Positions 33,166 through 42,663 of a stretch of 64,000 bases of DNA are shown here, one piece after another. Source of the stretch: an uncultured Candidatus Entotheonella sp. (GTDB lineage: Bacteria > Tectomicrobia > Entotheonellia > Entotheonellales > Entotheonellaceae); contig OZ244252.1 of the NCBI GenBank assembly GCA_965217185.1, positions 2,144,001-2,208,000 of the forward strand, written 5' to 3'. A program made the position numbers and the translations under genes. Each line of letters begins with the position of its first letter. Within the stretch, counting starts at the first letter, position 1. The notes beneath the pieces were generated by a model. The model was not told the DNA's origin. It was given only the letters and a program-made list of their open reading frames with translations, and did not search any database.

Positions 33166-36100
33166 ATGCCGAAACGGGACATTGAAACCTACGCGCATAC
33201 CGATAAGGAGCGCGTCAACAACCCGCCCGTTGGCTTGGTTACACCGGAGACCGACCGCGACACGGGCCGCAGGACCTATGCCCACGACCCGCACTTGGAC
33301 CCGCAACTCTCGTGGGCCGGCAAGGCGGAGCATACGTCGTTCGAGGTGCCGACCGTGTCGTTGCACGTGCACGAGCGCATCGACCCGCGCACGATTGTTG
33401 AGTCGGTGCGCAAGCGAAACGGCGCGCAACCGCAGATGTCTTTGTTCACCGCGCCGGAGGAAAACCCGCCGCTCCGCCAGGCCATCGAGTTCTACCGTCA
33501 CCGTCACAACTGGACCAATCGCCTGATTGCGGGCGACAGTCTGCTGATCATGAACAGCCTGATCGAGAAGGAGGGCCTTGGCGGGCAGGTGCAGACGGTC
33601 TACCTCGACCCGCCCTACGGCATCCGCTACGGCTCCAACTTCCAGCCCTTCGTGAACCGGCGCGAGGTCACCGACGGCAAGGACGAGGACCTGACCAGCG
33701 AGCCGGAGCAGATTCGCGCCTTTCGGGACACCTGGGAACTCGGCATTCACTCTTACCTTGCGTATCTCCGGGACCGGCTGCTGCTGGCGCGCGAGTTGTT
33801 GCACGAGAGCGGGAGTTGCTTCGTGCAGATCGGCGATGAGAACGTCCACCGCGTCGGCATGGCCATGGACGAGATATTCGGCGCCGAGAACCGGGTGGCG
33901 ACCATTTCCTACGCTACTTCGGGTAGCAGTTCAGCCAATACATTGCCGCAGGTCGCGGACTATCTCCTCTGGTACGCCAAGGACAAACCGCACCTGAAGT
34001 ACCGGCGATTGTACGAACCGCTCACGCGGGCCGAGGTCATCGAGTCCTTCAGTTGGCACGTTATGGTTGAACTGCCCGATGGCCAACGCCGCAAACCTAC
34101 GACGGAGGAATGTTTCGCCCCCGACACCTATCTGCCTGACGGTGCGCGCATCTACGCACGCATGCCTCTCGACTCACAAGGCGTCTCTACCACGGGTCGT
34201 TCCGAACCCTATGAATGGAATGGTCGGGTCTTTCATTGCGGTAAGGACAGGCACTGGGCGATTTCAAGCAAGGGTAGGGACAGGCTCGCCGAATTGGACC
34301 GGTTGGAAGCCCTGGAAGGGCAGGACTCGCTAAGGTGGAAGCGATACGCAGACGAGGTTCCCGGCCGGCCGATCAACAATATCTGGGCCGCCCCGATGTC
34401 GCCTACCGACAAACGCTACGTGGTTGAAACCGCAACCAAGGCCATTCAGCGCTGCATCCTGATGACCACCGACCCCGGCGACTTGGTGTTCGATCCTACC
34501 TGTGGCTCCGGCACGACTGCGCATGTTGCTGAGCAGTGGGGCCGACGCTGGATCACCTGCGACACCTCGCGGGTGGCCATCGCCATCGCCCGGCAGCGGC
34601 TGATGACCGCCAATTATGACTATTACCAACTGGCCCATCCCGACGAAGGAGTCGGCGCCGGCTTTCGGTACAGCAGTGTTCCCACCGTCTCGGCGCGGAC
34701 CTTGGCTTACGACGAGCCGCCCAACGAAACCATGCTCTACGACCAGCCGCATAGCGACCGCAGGAAGGCCCGCGTCACCGGTCCGTTCACCGTGGAGGCG
34801 GTGCCGGCTCCCGTCGTTACGTCGGTGGATGAGATCGTTGACCCTCACCCCGGGCCTCTCCCGGGGGGAGAGGGAGCTATGGCAAGCCCTCACCCGCTAG
34901 AAGAGGGAGATACGGAAAGCCCGCGCCTGCTGGGAGAGGGAGATAGGATGGAGGAGGGAGACGTGAAAAACCCTCTCCCTCTGGGAGAGGGCCGGGGTGA
35001 GGGAAAACAGGCCGCGCCAGCCCTCGACCCGCATCTCCTGGCTCTCGCCCGCAAGCTGCGCAAAGAACAGACCAACGCCGAGCAACTGCTCTGGCACGTG
35101 CTGCGAAACCGACAATTCGGTGGGCTGAAATTCCGCCGTCAGTACCCGGTTGCGCCGTATGTGCTGGATTTCTACTGCCACGAGGCCCGCTTGGCGATCG
35201 AGGTGGACGAGGGGCAACACAGCGAACCCGATAAAGAACGCCGGGATACGGAGCGCACAGCGTATCTCGGGCGGCAGGGGATAACGGTTATCCGTTTTTG
35301 GAATCATGAGGTGCTGCAAGAGACGGAAGCGGTGCTGGAGCAATTGTATGAGGCCCTCACCCCGGCCCTCTCCCAGAGGGAGAGGGAGAAAGAGGGGGTG
35401 ACCCTTTCCCAAGGGGATGGGGGCGTGGCGGGAGAACGGCCCCAAGGTCTGCGGGGGACCGCAGCCGCCGATCTTTCCATCGCCCGCTCCGGTGAAACGC
35501 TGCGGCAAAGCGACTGGCGCGACGAATTGCTCAAGACCGGCATTCGCGGCAAGGCTGGTCAGCGCATCTCGTTCGCGCGGCTGGAACCGTTGCCGGCAAC
35601 CCGCTGGCTGCACGCCGAGGGCGAGACGCGCCCGGACGCCGCCGGCGCCGACCACGTGCATGAATCCGCCATCGCCTACACGTCCACGCCCTTGGTGGTT
35701 TCATTCGGGCCGAACCACGCCCCGCTGGAGCAGCGGCAGGTCGCCCGCGCCATCGAGGAGACGCAAAGCCTCGTCCCCAAGCCGAAGATGATCGTCTTCG
35801 CGGCGTTTCAGTTCGACCCCGAGGCGGCCAAGGACATCGACGAGACCCACTGGCCGGGCGTCACGCTGCTCAAGGCGCAGATGAACGCCGACCTGCTGAC
35901 CGAGGACCTGAAGAAGAAGCGGGCAAGTAATGAGAGCTTCTGGCTGATCGGCCAGCCGGACGTGGAAGTTTTGAGTTTTCAGTTTTTAGTTTTTGGTGAG
36001 GGGCAGCGGAGGATTGGCGAATATGGAGCGTTCAAGAAGCTATCGGGACTTGATCGTCTGGAAGAGATCAATCGGCTTGATTGGCAAGCTCTATGCCTCT

Positions 36101-36785
36101 ACGCGCTCCTTTCCCAAGGAAGAGACGTATGGCATTACCTCGCAGATACGCAGGGCTGGGATTTCGATAGCGGCCAATATCGTGGAAGGCCAAGCCAGAA
36201 ACACGAGCGGGGAGTTCCGGCAGTTTCTTGGAATAGCCCAAGGCTCGTTGGCGGAGTTGGAAACGTTGCTGACGATCTCGCAGAATTTGGGATATCTGAC
36301 CTCGCCGGATGCCGAAGGGTTATTGAGCGGCTGCGAGGAGATCGGCAGATTGCTGGCAGGCTTGCAGAAATCGCTGAAGCCCTGAACTTTCCCATCCAAC
36401 CCCGCACTCAAAACTATCAACTCAAAACTATCAACTCAAAACTCAAAACTTGCACAGCCTCGCCGTGCACGGCTTCGACTACTACAACACCAAGACCGGC
36501 AACGTCGAATCCGGCGGCTCGGACCGCATCGCCCTGTGGATGCTGGACCTGGACTATGACGGTCGCAGCCTGTTTCCGCGCCAGGTGTTCTTCCCCATGG
36601 CCGGCGGCAATGACGGCTGGGCGAAGCTGGCCCGCCATCTCAGGGTTGAGATCGACCAGGGCCGGATGGAAGCCTACCGCGGCACCGTCTCGCTGCCGTT
36701 TGAGGCGGGAGAGCATCGACGGGCGGCGGTGAAAATTGTGGACGACCGGGGGATCGAGAGCCTGAAGATCGTGGAGTTGGGGTGA
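33166..36785 (+). CDS. Type III R-M Mod (adenine DNA methyltransferase) with two internal inserts; C-terminal segment (36450-36785) out of frame as assembled
   Basis: YLDPPYG, AFRDTW, DPTCGSGTT, RVTGPFTVEAVP, SFWLIGQPDV; the tail VHGFDYYN...DYDGRSL..RQVFF...TVSLPF...AVKIVDDRGIE lies in the -1 frame. Confidence 0.88.
34842..35386. repeat. Three 33-bp REP-like repeats inside mod (34842-34874, 34971-35003, 35354-35386)
   Basis: 34971-35003 is the exact reverse complement of 35354-35386 (CCCTCACCCCGGCCCTCTCCCAGAGGGAGAGGG); 34842 is a direct copy of the latter with 3 mismatches. Confidence 0.92.
35020..35352 (+). other. DUF559/Vsr-like endonuclease domain inserted in frame in Mod
   Basis: ARKLRKEQT.AE..LW..LR.RQ..GLKFRRQYPV.PYVLDFYC....LAIEVDEGQH...RD..R..YL...G..VIRFWN. 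Confidence 0.88.
35966..35994. repeat. Left heptamer array (AGTTTTN)x4
   Basis: AGTTTTG AGTTTTC AGTTTTT AGTTTTT at 35967-35994; 35966-35979 is the exact reverse complement of 36438-36451. Confidence 0.9.
36023..36385 (+). CDS. Four-helix-bundle protein (23S rRNA intervening-sequence protein/bAvd-like) nested in mod in the +1 frame
   Basis: SYRDLIVW...FPKEE.YG.TSQIRRA..SI.ANI.EG..R....F..FL.IA.GSL.ELET; own GGAGGA RBS at 36008-36013. Confidence 0.92.
   Translation: MERSRSYRDLIVWKRSIGLIGKLYASTRSFPKEETYGITSQIRRAGISIAANIVEGQARNTSGEFRQFLGIAQGSLAELETLLTISQNLGYLTSPDAEGLLSGCEEIGRLLAGLQKSLKP
36406..36451. repeat. Right heptamer array (ACTCAAA/ACTATCA)x6, including a tandem 14-mer
   Basis: ACTCAAA ACTATCA ACTCAAA ACTATCA ACTCAAA ACTCAAA ACT. 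Confidence 0.92.
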
Positions 36786-37593
36786 TGGCGCAAACGAAAA
36801 AAGGCAAAGCGCTTGAACGGTTGCGGAAGGCGCTGGACGAAATCGCCGAATTGAAACCATTGTCGGCGAACTCTCCGCAATTCAAGAAATGGCGAAGAGA
36901 TACGCGGGTTGCCATCACCAATACGTTTGGTAGTGATTCAGAACATATCGCGGATTTTGGAGCAGCACGGTTTTTTCATTTTCCATGTACCCATCTGCTT
37001 CAGGGGATCAAAAGGCCTATACGCAAGGCTTGGAATCGGCAGCGGCGATACTCGAGTCCATGATTGATGAGATCAACGAGTATTGGGAAGATGAAAGCGG
37101 GGCGTCACAGTCCTCCGACAACCACAAAAGTGAGCAGATAACCACGAAAGAAGTCTTTGTCGTCCACGGCAGAGACGAAGGCGCTCGTGAAAAGGTAGCG
37201 AGGTTCCTGGAAAGGTTGGAACTCAAACCCGTGGTGCTGCACGAACAGCCGAATGAAGGCCGCACGATTATTGAAAAATTCGAGGATTACACGGACGTCA
37301 GGTTCGCCGTGGTTCTGTTGACGCCGGACGACATAGGCAAGCTGCAGGACGATGCGGGTGACACCAAACCCCGCGCGAGGCAAAACGTCATTCTCGAACT
37401 CAGGTACTTCATCGGGAAGCTCGGTCGGGAACACGTCTGCGCCTTGGTGCAGGGGGACTTGGAAAGGCCGTCGGACTACGATGGCGTTCTTTACATCCCG
37501 CTGGACGATTCTGACGGATGGAAAATGAGGCTTGTGCAGGAGTTGAAGAGCGCTGGATACGATATCGACGCGAACCGGGTATTTACACCATGA
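36785..37593 (+). CDS. Predicted nucleotide-binding TIR-like domain protein (Cap12/Pycsar-type TIR); frameshift at T6 run 36971-36976
   Basis: VFVVHGRD...FAVVLLTPDD...RARQNVILE..YFIGKLGR...PSD..GV.YI; the N-terminal helical domain is split between two frames. Confidence 0.8.
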
Positions 37594-37901
37594 ACACACG
37601 TATCGACATACCGTCCGACAAGGTTGCGGCTTTCTGCCGGCGCTGGCAGATCACGCGCCTTGCGCTGTTCGGATCGATATTGCGCGACGACTTCGGCCCC
37701 GACAGCGATATTGACGTTCTCGTCAAATTCGATGAGACGGCACACCCCACCCTGTTCGACATGAGCCGAATGGAAGCGGAGTTGAAGGCGATTCTGGGAC
37801 GCGAGGTCGATCTCGTCAGTCAGCGCGGTATAGAGAGGAGCCGCAATTACCTTCGCCGGAAAGCGATATTGGAATCCGCGGAACCCGTCTATGGATCGTG
37901 A
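37590..37901 (+). CDS. MNT minimal nucleotidyltransferase antitoxin
   Basis: LFGSILRDDFGPDSDIDVLV...GREVDLV. Confidence 0.9.
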   Translation: MNTRIDIPSDKVAAFCRRWQITRLALFGSILRDDFGPDSDIDVLVKFDETAHPTLFDMSRMEAELKAILGREVDLVSQRGIERSRNYLRRKAILESAEPVYGS

Positions 37902-38232
37902 TACCGGATCTATTCTCGATATCCTCGAATCGGCACGGACGATAATGGCCTATGTCGCAGGCGTTCCGCGCCAAGAGTTTCTGCGGGATACGCAAATCCA
38001 GGATTCCGTCATTCGTCGCCTGGAGATCATCGGCGAGGCAGCGGGACGCATCTCACCGGGATTTCGCGACACGCATCCGGAAATTCAGTGGTCCGAGATA
38101 AGGAGAATGCGAAACCGGATGATCCACGGATACGACGACATCGATATGGACATCGTGTGGGATACCGTTGAGCGCGATATTCCGCATCTCATTCAAATCA
38201 TTGAATCACTTGCACTACCGGAGAGCGAATAG
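37891..38232 (+). CDS. HEPN (DUF86) ribonuclease toxin
   Basis: LEIIGEAA, RNRMIHGY (RxxxxH). Confidence 0.9.
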   Translation: MDRDTGSILDILESARTIMAYVAGVPRQEFLRDTQIQDSVIRRLEIIGEAAGRISPGFRDTHPEIQWSEIRRMRNRMIHGYDDIDMDIVWDTVERDIPHLIQIIESLALPESE

Positions 38233-41042
38233 TGGCCTGCACGACTATCGACCAACTGATCGTCAATTCTCCCTACGAAGAGCCGGCGGAACACTGGCAG
38301 TACGACCGGGTTACGCGCTCGTTCGACCGTGCGGAGGGCCGGCGTTCGGCGGGTTATGTCGTCGCTTCCCCGGATTCCAGGGCGTTTGACGACCCCGGCG
38401 TGTTTGTCGAAATTCCCCTGGTCAACCAGATCCGGCCGCGCGTCAAGGCTTGGCGTGAGGCGGGATATCCGGGCGTCACCGGCATGACCAAGCGGCTATT
38501 GGCGCACTGGGCCGACCCGGAGGAGTTTGAGAATCGGCGGTTCTTTTTCTGCCAGATCGAGGCGGCAGAGACGCTCATCTGGCTTACCGAGGCGCCGGCG
38601 GCCGAGAAGGTCGGCGTGGAGATTCCCTCCGATGGCGGCGCGTTCAGACGGCTGTGCGCCAAGATGGCGACGGGCTCTGGAAAGACCATCGTTATGGCCA
38701 TGGTCCTGGCGTGGCACATCCTGAACAAGATGACAACGCCCCAGGACGCCCGGTTCGCCAAGCATATCCTGGTTGTCGCGCCGGGGCTCACGGTCAGGAA
38801 TCGCCTGGCGGTGCTGGAGCCGTCCCACCCGGAGAATTATTACGACGCCTTCCGCATTGTGCCGTCGGCTCTGCTCGACAAGCTGAGGCAAGGCAAGGTC
38901 GTGATCCGCAACTGGCACACGCTCAACTGGGAGAATGAGGACAAAACCGCTGCCAAGCGCGGGGTGGACAAGCGCGGCGCCAAAAGCGATGAAGCCTATG
39001 TCCGCGACGTGCTGGGAGATATGGCGCGGGCGCGGAACATTCTGGTCATCAACGACGAGGCACATCACGCTTGGCGCGTTCCTGCCGGATCCAAGCTGAA
39101 GGGCGTCGCCAAGGCCGACATCGAGGAAGCCACTAGATGGGTCGGCGGCCTCGACCGCATCCACAGGGCGCGGGGCATCCTCGCCTGCTACGACTTCTCG
39201 GCGACCCCTTTCGCACCGTCAGGCAAGCAGAGTTCCGAAGAGGCGCTGTTCGGCTGGATCGTGAGCGACTTCGGCCTGAACGACGCCATCGAATCGGGTT
39301 TGGTCAAGACGCCGCGTGTGGTGATCCGGGACGACGCGGTGCCCGATGCCAAGACCTACAGATCCCGCCTCTATCACATTTACAACGATGCGGAGGTCAA
39401 AGATGACCTGAACCGCCCTGCCAAGACGGAAGAGCCGCTACCCGATCTGGTCCTGAACGGTTATTACCTGCTTGGCTACGATTGGCGCGAGACGGCGAAA
39501 GATTGGAGCGACAAGGGATTCCGAACCCCGCCGGTCATGATCACCGTTGCCAACCGTACGGAGACAGCAGCTCGGATCAAGCACGCGTTCGATCGCAGTC
39601 GGGTCCATATTGAGGAACTATGCGACCCGGAGCGAACCTTGCATATCGACTCGAAGGTGCTTGAAGCAGCCGAGGCTGCCGCGGAGCCCATGCCGGGGGT
39701 TGATGCGGGAGGTGATGGAGGCAATGACGGCGGGAACTCGACCAAGCTTACCAAGAAACAGCAGGCGGAGTTATTGCGCCGGCAAGTGGACAGCGTGGGG
39801 CGGCTCGGCAAGGAGGGTGAGCGAATACAAAACGTGATTTCCGTCGGCATGCTCTCCGAGGGATGGGACGCGAAAACCGTGACCCATATCATGGGCCTGC
39901 GCGCCTTTACCAGCCAGCTTCTCTGTGAGCAGGTGGTCGGGCGCGGCTTGCGCCGGACCTCCTATGAGGTGGACCCGGATAACGGCCTGTTCCAGCCGGA
40001 ATACGTCAATATCTTCGGCGTGCCCTTTACCTTTTTACCGCACGAGGGCGGAACGGACGGCCCGCCGCCGCCGCCGGAACCAAAGACGGCTATCGAGCCG
40101 GTAGCGGACAGGGCGGGTTTCGAAATCCCCTGGCCGAACGTGGTCCGCATCGACCATGGCTTCCGTGCGCACCTGTTCCTGGATTGGCAGGCGTTGCAAC
40201 CTCTGGAACTCGACGCCAGCCAGACGGCCCAGCTTGCGGAGCTTGCCCCGATTGTCGAAGGCAAGCCCGACGTGTCGAAGATCGAGGCTATCGATTTGCA
40301 AAAACTGGCGGCGGAGTTCCGCACGCAGCGCATCGTCTTTGAGACAGCGCGGGACGTGTACGATCTGATGCAACCGAATTGGCCGGGCGGCAAGGCGTTG
40401 CTGCTGGCCCAGCTAGTGCGGTTGATCGAGCAATTCATCCGTTCGGACAGCATCAGGATTACCCCAGCCCTGTTCCGGTACGACGACCTCAAGCGCCGCC
40501 TCATCATCACGCTGAACATGACCAAGGTTGTGCAGCACGTCTGGGAGGGAATTCGTTTCGAGAATACCGAAAGACTGGAGCCGGTGTTCGACCGCGACCG
40601 TCCCATCCGTTCCACCGGTGACATGGCCACGTGGTACACGGGCAAGCCCTGTGGGCGCGCGGCGCGCAGCCACATCAGCTTCTGCGTCTACGACGGTACC
40701 TGGGAGGCGTCAGAAGCTTTCGTGCTCGACCACGCCGACGAGGTAGCCGCCTGGGTGAAGAACGATCATCTCGGCTTCGAGGTGTTCTACGTTCACCGAG
40801 GCGTGGTGCGGAAGTATCGCCCGGATTTCCTGATCCGGTTCACTTCGGGCGATATGCTGGTTCTGGAGGTCAAGGGGCAAGACAGCGACCGGGACCAGAC
40901 CAAGCGCCGATTCCTGGACGAATGGGTACGCGCCGTCAATGCCCATGGCGGCTTCGGTCGCTGGGCCTGGGACGTGTCGAAAGCTCCCAGCGACATTTGC
41001 GACATCCTGGCGCGACATGCTCATGAGATGCCTACCGCTTGA
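38232..41042 (+). CDS. Type III R-M Res subunit (SF2 helicase + PD-(D/E)xK nuclease)
   Basis: MATGSGKT, NDEAHH, FSATP, LSEGWD, QVVGRGLRR, YRPDF...LVLEVKG. Confidence 0.92.
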   Translation: MACTTIDQLIVNSPYEEPAEHWQYDRVTRSFDRAEGRRSAGYVVASPDSRAFDDPGVFVEIPLVNQIRPRVKAWREAGYPGVTGMTKRLLAHWADPEEFENRRFFFCQIEAAETLIWLTEAPAAEKVGVEIPSDGGAFRRLCAKMATGSGKTIVMAMVLAWHILNKMTTPQDARFAKHILVVAPGLTVRNRLAVLEPSHPENYYDAFRIVPSALLDKLRQGKVVIRNWHTLNWENEDKTAAKRGVDKRGAKSDEAYVRDVLGDMARARNILVINDEAHHAWRVPAGSKLKGVAKADIEEATRWVGGLDRIHRARGILACYDFSATPFAPSGKQSSEEALFGWIVSDFGLNDAIESGLVKTPRVVIRDDAVPDAKTYRSRLYHIYNDAEVKDDLNRPAKTEEPLPDLVLNGYYLLGYDWRETAKDWSDKGFRTPPVMITVANRTETAARIKHAFDRSRVHIEELCDPERTLHIDSKVLEAAEAAAEPMPGVDAGGDGGNDGGNSTKLTKKQQAELLRRQVDSVGRLGKEGERIQNVISVGMLSEGWDAKTVTHIMGLRAFTSQLLCEQVVGRGLRRTSYEVDPDNGLFQPEYVNIFGVPFTFLPHEGGTDGPPPPPEPKTAIEPVADRAGFEIPWPNVVRIDHGFRAHLFLDWQALQPLELDASQTAQLAELAPIVEGKPDVSKIEAIDLQKLAAEFRTQRIVFETARDVYDLMQPNWPGGKALLLAQLVRLIEQFIRSDSIRITPALFRYDDLKRRLIITLNMTKVVQHVWEGIRFENTERLEPVFDRDRPIRSTGDMATWYTGKPCGRAARSHISFCVYDGTWEASEAFVLDHADEVAAWVKNDHLGFEVFYVHRGVVRKYRPDFLIRFTSGDMLVLEVKGQDSDRDQTKRRFLDEWVRAVNAHGGFGRWAWDVSKAPSDICDILARHAHEMPTA

Positions 41043-41102
41043 AAATTCGGACGGTCAACCGACTGCTGGGGCGCTGCAGATACTGGAGGTGGAATCAATT
41101 CC

Positions 41103-41348
41103 GTGATCAACTTGAAATACGACTTGGTCATCGAGGCAACCGTCGACCCGAACTTCTTCGGGTTTTATTCCCTGGATCTGGAAGGGTTTGCCGAGGTGGG
41201 GCACGCTATAGAGGATTGTCTTTACAAGGCCAGATGGGGCATGGAAGAGCACGTTGAATTGCTGCGCGAACAGGAAATGCCTGTCCCTGATATGAACGCT
41301 GCCCCGACGATCATCATCCGAAATGAGCCCGAGAAGACTGTGGTATAG
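41103..41348 (+). CDS. HicB-family antitoxin
   Basis: YDLVIE...F.FY..DLEG...G..IED......ME.H...LRE....VP. Confidence 0.7.
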   Translation: MINLKYDLVIEATVDPNFFGFYSLDLEGFAEVGHAIEDCLYKARWGMEEHVELLREQEMPVPDMNAAPTIIIRNEPEKTVV

Positions 41349-41379
41349 CCCGCAAGATCAGGTTGGATATCGCATATGC

Positions 41380-42228
41380 TCAGGATTTGCCCGCCTGGAG
41401 AAAGCGCCGTAACTCCGACTCGTCCATGGCGTAGCTATGTGCCCCTACCGGAAATTCTCCCGCTTCCACCTCACACCTGAATGCTTTCAAGGCTTGCAGC
41501 ATTGGCTCGCGCAACTGGGCGAACTGCTTGACGAATTTGGGCACGAAGTCGTCGAAGAGCCCCAGGACGTCGTGGAACACCAGCACCTGCCCGGCGCAGC
41601 CCGCGCCGGCGCCGATGCCGATCGTGGGGATAGCCAAACTCTCGGTTACCGCCTGCGCCACGGCGGCCGGAACGGCTTCCAGCACGACGGCGAAACAACC
41701 CGCCTCCTGAAGGGCAAGGGCATCGTCGCGCAGCTTCAGCGCTGCCTCGGCGGTGGTCGCCTGCACCTTGTAGCCGCCCAGCTTGGTGGCCGTTTGCGGC
41801 GCCAGGCCCACGTGGCCCATCACCGGCACCCCGGCTGAGACGATGGCCCGCACGGTTTCCGACACCTCGCCGCCGCCCTCCAGCTTCACCGCGTCCATGT
41901 GCGCTTCCTTCATGTAGCGCCCAGCGTTACGGACTGCCTCTCGCCGGCTGACCTGGTAGGACATGAACGGCATATCGCCCACCAGCAAGGCGCGCGAAGC
42001 CCCGCGAGCCACGGCCTTGCAGTGATGCAGCATGTCGTCCACCGTCACCGACACCGTGTCGCGGTGACCCAGCACGGTCATGGCCAGCGTGTCGCCCACC
42101 AGAATGGCGTCCACACCGGCCTCGTCGACCAGCTTGGCCGCCGGGTAGTCGTAGGCGGTGAGCATGGTAATCGGCTGACCCTTGTCCCGTTTGCGCCGGA
42201 GGTCGTGGAGGGAAACTTTTCGTGGCAT
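41380..42228 (-). CDS. panB: 3-methyl-2-oxobutanoate hydroxymethyltransferase
   Basis: MLTAYD, ILVGD, DMPFMSY, AVKLEGG, GHVGL.PQ, TIGIGAG. Confidence 0.95.
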   Translation of the reverse strand: MPRKVSLHDLRRKRDKGQPITMLTAYDYPAAKLVDEAGVDAILVGDTLAMTVLGHRDTVSVTVDDMLHHCKAVARGASRALLVGDMPFMSYQVSRREAVRNAGRYMKEAHMDAVKLEGGGEVSETVRAIVSAGVPVMGHVGLAPQTATKLGGYKVQATTAEAALKLRDDALALQEAGCFAVVLEAVPAAVAQAVTESLAIPTIGIGAGAGCAGQVLVFHDVLGLFDDFVPKFVKQFAQLREPMLQALKAFRCEVEAGEFPVGAHSYAMDESELRRFLQAGKS

Positions 42229-42251
42229 GTGATGGCACCTTGAAGGCTGGT

Positions 42252-42620
42252 TTATGGTGACGGTTGCTCGGGCGCATCCAAGGCGCCAGACTCACCCGTG
42301 CTCCGTTCGAGCAGGGTTTCTATCAAGGTTTCCACCCGCGTCAGGCGCTCGCCAAACCTCCTGAACCCCTCGTCCACATCCTCGCGAACGGCCGCAATGC
42401 TCGTTTCCATTCGATCCATACGAACATCCATCCGGTCTAGGCGCTCGTCCATCCGGTCTAAGCGCCCATTGATCCCATCAAGACGCCCGTTGATTCCCTG
42501 GATGTCCGCTCGCAGGGGTGCGATCGTGCTTGACACGACCCACTGCATGCCGCCTACCACACCGCCGGCAACGACCACAGCGAGGCTTGCCATCGTCAGC
42601 CATTCCTTGAACTTCGCCAT
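42252..42620 (-). CDS. Small membrane-anchored coiled-coil protein
   Basis: TM segment followed by heptads RLDGING/RLDRMDE/RLDRMDV. Confidence 0.6.
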   Translation of the reverse strand: MAKFKEWLTMASLAVVVAGGVVGGMQWVVSSTIAPLRADIQGINGRLDGINGRLDRMDERLDRMDVRMDRMETSIAAVREDVDEGFRRFGERLTRVETLIETLLERSTGESGALDAPEQPSP

Positions 42621-42663
42621 GTTCACGGTTCGACCTGACTCAGCCTGTGCGACCATCTCTTTA

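Noticed and set aside
34842..35386. CRISPR array from the 33-bp repeats
   Set aside because: Mixed orientations, irregular spacing, located inside a CDS, no cas genes
36023..36385. Diversity-generating retroelement suggested by the Avd-like fold
   Set aside because: No reverse transcriptase and no TR/VR pair with adenine-specific mismatches in the window
34842..36451. Inteins or group I/II introns as the explanation for the Mod inserts
   Set aside because: No Cys/Ser...His-Asn splice motifs, no HINT domain, no GUGCG/domain V or maturase
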